From Myxococcota bacterium (GTDB lineage: Bacteria; Myxococcota_A; Bradymonadia; UBA7976; UBA1532), in assembly GCA_023150895.1 (NCBI GenBank), contig JAKLJY010000020.1, positions 2,092 through 66,091 of the forward strand: a stretch of DNA of 64,000 nucleotides. The letters are read 5' to 3'. The notes under the pieces were generated by a model that saw only the letters and a program-made list of their open reading frames with translations, was not told the origin of the DNA and did not search any database. Positions 57,229 through 64,000 of this stretch are shown here, in pieces (positions within the stretch are counted from its first letter, which is position 1; each line of letters begins with the position of its first letter). Made by a program: the position numbers and the translations under genes.

Positions 57229-59756
57229 GGGGCGCGTTCCGGTCCCTCACCGCGATCGTGGTTGCTGCGGTCGCCGCGGCGCCCGGTCCCCTCGCGGCGC
57301 AGCGGCCGACCGCCGGCGTCCTCCTGCCTCAGTCGGACGTCGCCGGTGGCCAGCACGTGGAGCAGGCCGCCGACAACCCGGCGGTGCTCGGATTCGGGGG
57401 GGACTTCGAATTCACCTGGCACTACCTCGGGACGCCGAACGAGTCGAGCGGGACGGGGCAAGCCGTACACGCGGGGGTCGGCTTCCTCGCGCCGTATCAC
57501 ACGGGCTTGTCACTCCAGTTCCTCGACGTACCCGGCAAACAGGCCCACGAACCCGTGAAGTTCACCTGGGCCCACGCGCTGAGCCCGACGCCCGCCTTGT
57601 CGATCGGGTTCTCCTGGAGCACCTTCACCGCCGACGAAGACCGCTCGCTCGGCGGCCTCTCGGCCTGGGATGCCGGCATCGTCTGGCGCCCCTGGCGCTA
57701 TCTGGCGCTCGGCGCGGCCGTCACCGATTTCAACACCCCAATCTACCGCGGCACATCGTTGCCCCGGGGCTGGAACCTGGGCCTCGCCCTTCGCCCGGGC
57801 ACCGAGCGCCTGACGCTCTCGGGCGCCGCTCGGCTCGAGGAGGACGGTGGCGACGAGCCGACCTACGGCGGTCGACTGGACTGGAATTTCTGGGGGCCGC
57901 TTTCGATCCTCGGCCGCTACGACACGCGCACGACCGACGCGGGGCGGAGTCACGCGATCCTCGGCGGGCTCGCCTACCAGATTGCGTCGCGGGTCGGCAT
58001 CGGCGTCCACGGTTTCGTCCCCGATACCGCCGCCGAAACGACCAACGCCGGACTCGGGACCTACGTGCGCGTCGGCACGGACGCCGAACCCCACCGGCGC
58101 CCGCGCCTCTGGCACACCGTCGTCGAGCTCGGCTTCGCCGAGGGGCTCGATGAGTTCCAGGTCCCGGGCTTTTTCGAGACCCGACCCGAGACGCCCTTTC
58201 TCGACGCGCTCCAGCGCCTGCGTGCCCTCTCGCGCGACGCCCGGGTCGACGCGCTCCTCCTGACGCTGACGGACCTCGACGTGGGCTGGGCGCAGGCGGA
58301 GGAACTGCGCGGGGCGGTCGCCGAGGCGCGCGCACGGGGCAAGTCCGTCTTCGCATACCTCCCCGTGGCCGACACGCGGGCCTACTACATCGCCACCGCC
58401 TGCGACCGCATCTTCACGACTCCGGCCGGCGGTGTGATGCTGACCGGCATCCGGGGCGACTTCCTCTACATCCGCGGCCTGCTCGACAAGCTCGGGATCG
58501 CCGCACAGTTCGTCGCACTCGGAGACTACAAGAGTGCGCCGGAGATGTTCACGCGAGAGGCGCCCTCGCCCGCCGCCGCGGAGGCGGAGCACGCCCTGCT
58601 CGATCCGCTCTACGAGCGGCTCGTTCGCGCCATCGCGACCGCACGGCGGAAGACCGACGACCAGGTGCGTGCCCTCATCGACGCGGGGCCGTACACCGCG
58701 GCCGCGGCCCAGAGCGCAGGCCTCGTCGATGGCGTTTTGCACTACGACGAGTTCGAACAGGTCTTCACGCAGGTTTATGGGCCCCGCGTCCGCTTCGTGA
58801 CGCCCGAGGTCCTGCTCGACCGGCGGGATCCCCGGTGGGGCGAGCCCCCGCGCATCGGGCTCCTGTATGCGGTCGGCACGATCACGGACGGCGAGTCGAT
58901 CGCCAACCCGTTCACCGGCTCCGTTTCCACCGGCGCCGATACGTTCATCGAGGCGGTGCGTACGCTCCGGGACGATGGCGGGATTCGGGCGGTCGTGCTG
59001 CGAATCGACAGCCCGGGCGGCTCGGTCACGGCGTCGGACGTGATGTGGCGCGAGCTTCGACTTCTCGCGAAGGAGAAGCCGTTGCTCGTGAGCATGGGGG
59101 ACACGGCGGCCTCCGGGGGGTATTACCTGGCCGTGGCGGGCAACGAGATTCTCGCCGATCCGTCGACGGTCACGGGCAGCATCGGGATCTTCACGGGCAA
59201 GTTCGACCTCAGTGGTCTCTATGGACTTCTCGGCGTCCGGTTCGAGACGTTCCGTCGGGGGGCACGTGCCGACTTTCTGGGGACGACCCGCCCCTGGACG
59301 GAGGACGAGCTCCTCTCGGTCCGGCAGGCGATGGAGGCGCTTTACGGCGTGTTCAAGCAGCGGGTCGGCGAGGGACGTTCGGCCTTGTCCGCCGAGCAGA
59401 TCGAGGCCGTCGCACGGGGTCGCGTCTGGTTGGGGAGTCAGGCGCGCGAACGCGGCCTCGTCGACGCCGAAGGGGGCCTGCTCGCGACGATCGACCGCGC
59501 CGCCAGTCGCCTCGGACTCGACGAGGGGGACTACGCGCTCGAGGTCTGGCCGAAGGGCGGCGGCCTCGGCGGCCTGCCACGTTCGCCGGTGCTGGCGCCG
59601 GCCGCGCATCTCGCCACGCTCATCGGCGGCGGGTCCCCTTCCCTGACCGACCGGCTGCCGGCCGCCCTTCGCATGCTGCTCGAGCTGCCGTTGCTCCACT
59701 TCCGGAGCGGCGACGCACTCGCCCTGCTGCCCTTCGTCCTCGCCCCCGAGCGCTGA
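57225..59756 (+). CDS. sppA: Signal peptide peptidase SppA (67K type, tandem ClpP/crotonase-fold domains) with an N-terminal extra domain
   Basis: Signal peptide; two S49 peptidase domains (GGVMLTGIRGDF...; DSPGGSVTASD...MGDTAASGGYYLA); ATG overlaps the mutS2 stop (ATGA). Confidence 0.85.
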   Translation: MRGAFRSLTAIVVAAVAAAPGPLAAQRPTAGVLLPQSDVAGGQHVEQAADNPAVLGFGGDFEFTWHYLGTPNESSGTGQAVHAGVGFLAPYHTGLSLQFLDVPGKQAHEPVKFTWAHALSPTPALSIGFSWSTFTADEDRSLGGLSAWDAGIVWRPWRYLALGAAVTDFNTPIYRGTSLPRGWNLGLALRPGTERLTLSGAARLEEDGGDEPTYGGRLDWNFWGPLSILGRYDTRTTDAGRSHAILGGLAYQIASRVGIGVHGFVPDTAAETTNAGLGTYVRVGTDAEPHRRPRLWHTVVELGFAEGLDEFQVPGFFETRPETPFLDALQRLRALSRDARVDALLLTLTDLDVGWAQAEELRGAVAEARARGKSVFAYLPVADTRAYYIATACDRIFTTPAGGVMLTGIRGDFLYIRGLLDKLGIAAQFVALGDYKSAPEMFTREAPSPAAAEAEHALLDPLYERLVRAIATARRKTDDQVRALIDAGPYTAAAAQSAGLVDGVLHYDEFEQVFTQVYGPRVRFVTPEVLLDRRDPRWGEPPRIGLLYAVGTITDGESIANPFTGSVSTGADTFIEAVRTLRDDGGIRAVVLRIDSPGGSVTASDVMWRELRLLAKEKPLLVSMGDTAASGGYYLAVAGNEILADPSTVTGSIGIFTGKFDLSGLYGLLGVRFETFRRGARADFLGTTRPWTEDELLSVRQAMEALYGVFKQRVGEGRSALSAEQIEAVARGRVWLGSQARERGLVDAEGGLLATIDRAASRLGLDEGDYALEVWPKGGGLGGLPRSPVLAPAAHLATLIGGGSPSLTDRLPAALRMLLELPLLHFRSGDALALLPFVLAPER

Positions 59757-59789
59757 GGCACGCGGGGGCGCGCCGTCGCGCCCGTGACG

Positions 59790-61700
59790 TCACCGCCGAA
59801 ACCGAGCCCGCACGACCCGACGGGTCGGACCACCGAGAATGGGCGGTCCCGAGGCGGTCTCCAGGTACTCGATGACCGCGTCCGCGCCCTGTTCCGCCGA
59901 CCTCGGAGCGACGCGGGCAAGGCGGGCGGTGGCCGGCGCGTCGGGGCACGCGTCGGCCCAGGGGCGAACCGGCCACGGTCCGGCATCGGTCTCTCCGGTC
60001 GAGACGCGTCCCAGGCGAGCGGCCCCGGGCCAGTTCAGGGTGAGGTGTCCGCCGGCGGTGAGAATCGCCTCCCCCGAGCCGGCGTCCGCGTCGATCCGCG
60101 TTTCCGTCCCGAGGAGCGGGACGCCCGGAAAGTCCGGTCTCTCCAGATGGGACGTCACGACCCCCAGACGATACCGGCCGCGCGGGAGTCCCGGCGGCGC
60201 CACCTCCGCGACGGGCGCGGGGCGGACGAGCACGCGATCGCCGTCGGGATGATCGACCCGCAGGGCGTCCCGGCCGTCGGGCAACGTCGTGCTGCGCACG
60301 CGGTACGTTGCGGACGCCGCATCGGAGAACGTCGTCGCGAGAAGGCGACCACAGCGCAGTCGCTCGGGACCGTCTTCGCCCGGGGCGAGTCCGGGGGGGG
60401 CGGCGGTTCGCCCGCACGCGTCCACGAACAGGGTTGCGACCCCGTCCGACGACGAGCACGCGGCCGCGTCGGCGTCGAGGACGGCGTAGGTGCCGGCCGT
60501 CACCACCGGTGTTCCACAGCCGTCGGTGCTCGCACGGACATAGCCTGCTCTTCCCGAGAAGCCCACCGGCCCGAGTAGAAGGGGCGGCACGTCGGGCGCC
60601 GCGTCGAATGCCTCCACCGAGACGCCGAGCGTGAAGGCGCCGACCACGCCCCGGAGCAGGGCAGAGCCACGCAACAACTCGGGCCGCTCGACCGAGGTGG
60701 TCTCGGGCCGCTCGAACGCGACGTGTCGCCCCGGAACGCAGCCGTCGGCATCTTCCAGTGCGACCCCCCAGAACGCGCTCGACGGCGGGGGGCTCCAGAA
60801 GATCGCCCCGGGTTCGCCTTCCAGTGGCCGCGCATCCGGGGGAAAGGGCCGCGGCTCCGGCGCCATCGGTTCGAGCGTTCCCCCTGGCTCGGGCAGAAGC
60901 ACATCGGCGCGCTCCGACGGCAGGATGAAGACCTCGCCGAGCACGGCCGTCGCCGACTCGGCCCCACCGAGGCGGGCGACGAGCTCGACGCCGGGGCCGA
61001 AGCCGGCCGGGCTCTCGATGGCGGTCCCGCGGCTCGCCCACCCGGATGCGACGGGCAGCGCCGTCACGACGCCGTCGATCATCAGGACGACCTCGACGGC
61101 GGCGGGTTCGGCGCTGTCCACGCCGACGGCGATCCGCTCGGTGGGCGGGGCGCCCGGCGTCACGGTGACCGTCTCCCCCGGCTGGCCGGCCGCCTGTCGA
61201 CCGAGCCGCAGAGTGCCGGCAGCCGATCGGACGACGAAGACCCAGACGCCCCCTTCGGCCCCGGTCCCCGCCTCCCACCGCACGTCGATGCCGCTGCGAC
61301 GCACCGCCGGCCAGAACCGCGTGCCGCCGACGACCCCACCGGCGACGACGGTCTCGCCGACCTCGAGCGCCACCGTCGCCGTTCGGACCTGGAGAGACGT
61401 CGGGGCCATCCCCGCAGCGCGCAGATAGGGATCGAGGCGCACCGACGGTCCGATCACCGGCGGCGTCCGGACCGTGTCGGCGCCCTTCCGGAAAGTCAGC
61501 CTTCGGTTCCCGTCGCCCACGAAAACCCGGGCGACGCGATCGGGTCCGACCGGCACCGCCTCCGCTGCCGCGATGACCTCGCCTTCGACTTCCGACCAGA
61601 CCTCGAGCACCGGCGAGAGATCGACGTAAACGGGGTCCCCCGAGCAGCCGCTCGAGAGCCAGAGCACCAGGGGCGCGACGCAACGCAGGGCGGCCCGCAT
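59790..61700 (-). CDS. Hypothetical lipoprotein (Ala/Gly/Pro-rich, 636 aa)
   Basis: Lipobox MRAALRCVAPLVLWLSSGCSGD (ATG 61698-61700); the upstream 146 aa of the track ORF is Arg/Pro junk; the kinase stop lies 2 nt upstream. Confidence 0.5.
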   Translation of the reverse strand: MRAALRCVAPLVLWLSSGCSGDPVYVDLSPVLEVWSEVEGEVIAAAEAVPVGPDRVARVFVGDGNRRLTFRKGADTVRTPPVIGPSVRLDPYLRAAGMAPTSLQVRTATVALEVGETVVAGGVVGGTRFWPAVRRSGIDVRWEAGTGAEGGVWVFVVRSAAGTLRLGRQAAGQPGETVTVTPGAPPTERIAVGVDSAEPAAVEVVLMIDGVVTALPVASGWASRGTAIESPAGFGPGVELVARLGGAESATAVLGEVFILPSERADVLLPEPGGTLEPMAPEPRPFPPDARPLEGEPGAIFWSPPPSSAFWGVALEDADGCVPGRHVAFERPETTSVERPELLRGSALLRGVVGAFTLGVSVEAFDAAPDVPPLLLGPVGFSGRAGYVRASTDGCGTPVVTAGTYAVLDADAAACSSSDGVATLFVDACGRTAAPPGLAPGEDGPERLRCGRLLATTFSDAASATYRVRSTTLPDGRDALRVDHPDGDRVLVRPAPVAEVAPPGLPRGRYRLGVVTSHLERPDFPGVPLLGTETRIDADAGSGEAILTAGGHLTLNWPGAARLGRVSTGETDAGPWPVRPWADACPDAPATARLARVAPRSAEQGADAVIEYLETASGPPILGGPTRRVVRARFRR

Positions 61701-61702
61701 GC

Positions 61703-64000
61703 TTACCGCGTGAACTTCACCCGGGTATCCGCCCCCGGTTCGACGAGGACCTGTTTGACCGGGCTCTTGTCGCTCCGGCTCCCCTGGAAGAGGACGTGGA
61801 CGCGATGAGTCCCGCTCGCGAGCGGGTACTTGATGAGCGGTGTCTCGGCGGCGACCTCGCGGTCGTTGACGTAGACCTTGCCCCACGGGGCGGCCATGAC
61901 GGTCAGCGTCCCGCGACCGCCGCTCCCCCCGCCGCCACCGCCCGAGGCCCGCCGCTCCGGGGGCGGGGCCGCGCGTTGCGGCGGCGGCGAGCGACGGACC
62001 GGTGGCTCCGCACGGCGTTCGAACCCGTCGTCCTGCCGCCGGCTCCGCTCCCGGCTGTCGAGGGCGGCCACCCGGGGCAGCTCCGCGGACAATGGGTCGA
62101 GACGGATGTCGAGCGTCATCTCGCGGCGTCCGTTCCACTCCACGAGCTGGTCGTACGGTTGAAAACCGTCGCGCAAGAGCTTCACGCGAATCGGCCGTTC
62201 GACGGCGAGATCGCTGATGGTGCAGGGCGTGCGTCCCCGATCCCGGCCCTCGATGAAGACCGTCGCCCCACCGGGGCTCGAGTCCACCGTCAGGACACCT
62301 CGAATCTTCACGAGCTGCGCGTCGATGATCGTCTCCCGGCCGACCTCCGGGATGATCTCGGTCTCGTAGACCTCGTATCCGTCGCCGAGCTTGATGCTGA
62401 TGCGCGCCGGCCGTCCGGCCGGCAGGACCGTGCGCGTCGGCGTCGTTTCACCGAGGTACGCCTTGTCGACGCGGACGTTGGCGCCGCTCGGGAACGAACG
62501 AATGACGACCGTCCCCTGCCCGCCCTGCGCAGAGCCGACCGAGACCGTGGCCGGCTCGAGGGCCGGCGCGGGTCCGGCGGGTCGCAAGAGCAGCGTCGTC
62601 AGGACCGCGGCCCCGATGAGGACGAGCAGCACGACGCTCCCGAAGAGGAGACGCTCCCGGGTCAAAAACGACGCCGGGGGGCCGGGCGGCATCAGGCCAC
62701 CGGCGGCGGTGGGCAGCTCGGAGCCCGCCCGTCGTTGACGGACCGGCCGGTGAATCGAGTGCCCCCCCGGCTCTTTCGGCGGGTCGGTCGGCACGACCGC
62801 GTCGGCCGAGCTGCGTGGCTCCCGCTCTGCCGGGCGCGGGCGCTCGCGCTCCCGCGGGGCCGGTCTCGCCGGACGCTCCGGCACCGGCGTCGGGGCCGCT
62901 GCAAAAGCGATTGCTTCGGGACTCGCGCGCGGGCTCTGAACCGGCGCCGCTTCCCGGCGCCCTCGAGCGGGCGCCTCGGCGCGGCGAGGTTCCGGCTCGG
63001 GCCGACGGCGGGCGGGCGGCGGGGCCGGCTCGTCGGCGATGATCGACACGGCGTTGGTCGACTCGTCCTCGAACGGGTCGAAGTCGAGATCGGCGGGGGG
63101 GCCGGCCACTTCGATGGAGTCGAACGCCGCCGCGGCCTCGGGCGGCGGACCATCCATGTTCAGCGTCGACTTCTCTTCGTCGACGAGGTGGATCTCCCGG
63201 CTGTCGATGACGATGAGCTCGGACTTCTCCCCCCGTGCGGGCGCGATGGGGAAGTCCTGGGGATGCGCCTGCTGGGCCGCCGTGACGTCCTGCGTGGGCT
63301 CCTCGCCGTCCCACGTCGCCTCCGACGGGGGGGGCGCCTCCTCGAGCGCAATCTGGGAAATCAGCGAAGCCCCGTCGAGACCGAACTCGGCGCGACTGCG
63401 GATCAGGAGCTGGTCGAGATCCTCGCTCTCGTCGGGCCCGGTCTCGTCGAGGAAGATCTCCCGCATCACCTTTCCGAGCCGGGCTTTCCCGAAGGCGCTG
63501 CTCGTGGTGCGCAGGAACTTGTGCAGGTCCTTCTGAAGATGCAACGCCGAGGGATAGCGGTCCTCCCGGTCTCGGGAGAGCGTCTTCATGACGACCCGCT
63601 CCAGGGTCGGCGGGATCTCGGGGCGCAGAAGACTCGGCGGCGCGATGTCGGCCTTGCGGACCCGCGACAGCAACGAGGCGTCGTCCTCGTCCTTGTAGAG
63701 CAGCTCGCCCGTCAGCATCTCGTAGAGCACGATGCCGAGGCTGAAAACGTCCGTCCGGTGGTCGAGCGGCTCTCCACGGGCCTGCTCGGGGCTCATGTAG
63801 TAGAACTTGCCCTTGATGATGCCCGACTCCGTCTCGTAGGCGCGCAACGCGGCCTTGGCGATGCCGAAGTCCACCAGCTTGGCCTCGCCCTCGTACGAGA
63901 GCAGCACGTTCTGCGGCGAGATGTCCCGGTGAATGATGTTGAGCGGACGCCCGCGACTGTCCTTCTTTCGGTGCGCGTAGTCGAGGCCGGCGGCGCACTC
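61703..64000 (-). CDS. Ser/Thr protein kinase with C-terminal TM segment and PEGA domain; 5' end lies beyond the window
   Basis: Kinase subdomains VIb-XI (HRDISPQNVLL, DFGIAK, SPEQ) continue in frame to the window edge; TM LLFGSVVLLVLIGAAVL; PEGA-like SSPGGATVFIEGRDRGRTP. Confidence 0.8.
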   Translation of the reverse strand, partial: ECAAGLDYAHRKKDSRGRPLNIIHRDISPQNVLLSYEGEAKLVDFGIAKAALRAYETESGIIKGKFYYMSPEQARGEPLDHRTDVFSLGIVLYEMLTGELLYKDEDDASLLSRVRKADIAPPSLLRPEIPPTLERVVMKTLSRDREDRYPSALHLQKDLHKFLRTTSSAFGKARLGKVMREIFLDETGPDESEDLDQLLIRSRAEFGLDGASLISQIALEEAPPPSEATWDGEEPTQDVTAAQQAHPQDFPIAPARGEKSELIVIDSREIHLVDEEKSTLNMDGPPPEAAAAFDSIEVAGPPADLDFDPFEDESTNAVSIIADEPAPPPARRRPEPEPRRAEAPARGRREAAPVQSPRASPEAIAFAAAPTPVPERPARPAPRERERPRPAEREPRSSADAVVPTDPPKEPGGHSIHRPVRQRRAGSELPTAAGGLMPPGPPASFLTRERLLFGSVVLLVLIGAAVLTTLLLRPAGPAPALEPATVSVGSAQGGQGTVVIRSFPSGANVRVDKAYLGETTPTRTVLPAGRPARISIKLGDGYEVYETEIIPEVGRETIIDAQLVKIRGVLTVDSSPGGATVFIEGRDRGRTPCTISDLAVERPIRVKLLRDGFQPYDQLVEWNGRREMTLDIRLDPLSAELPRVAALDSRERSRRQDDGFERRAEPPVRRSPPPQRAAPPPERRASGGGGGGSGGRGTLTVMAAPWGKVYVNDREVAAETPLIKYPLASGTHRVHVLFQGSRSDKSPVKQVLVEPGADTRVKFTR

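Noticed and set aside
54670-59699. Minus-strand ORFs (839 aa, 729 aa) antisense to mutS2 and sppA
   Set aside because: Antisense to two well-conserved genes.

Overview
High-GC (~70%) bacterial chromosome segment, almost certainly from a myxobacterium: two encoded proteins end in canonical MYXO-CTERM sorting signals, and others carry MopE-type and myxococcal Cys-rich repeats, many lipoproteins, PilZ/GGDEF and Ser/Thr-kinase signalling genes. The first ~10 kb is a conserved core translation/RNA-processing operon on the minus strand, rimP-nusA-(ylxR/L7Ae fusion)-infB-rbfA-truB-rpsO-pnp, with a clear intrinsic terminator after rpsO and a terminator-like hairpin in the rimP leader. The remaining ~54 kb mixes housekeeping genes (uvrA, mpl, mutS2, sppA, ftsB, kefC plus a KefF/KefG-type partner) with accessory-looking modules. 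The main ones are: (i) a cell-surface island of three very large cysteine-rich repeat proteins (one MYXO-CTERM-tagged with thrombospondin type-3 repeats), a stand-alone PilZ protein and a MYXO-CTERM metzincin protease co-transcribed with a small secreted partner; (ii) a TetR-controlled pair encoding a tandem BadF/BcrAD-type activase fusion (with DUF2229) and a BcrB/HgdB/double-cubane-cluster-protein-like partner, an ATP-driven low-potential Fe-S reductase module of unknown substrate; (iii) a translationally coupled FAD oxidase / FIST sensor / Ser-Thr kinase / small secreted protein operon; (iv) an ftsB-GGDEF-PIN/PhoH string. No transposases, integrases, CRISPR arrays, rRNA or convincing tRNA were seen. 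Many long antisense 'shadow' ORFs in the track are high-GC artefacts. Exact coordinates of small DNA motifs may be off by 1-2 nt; CDS coordinates follow the ORF-track frames.
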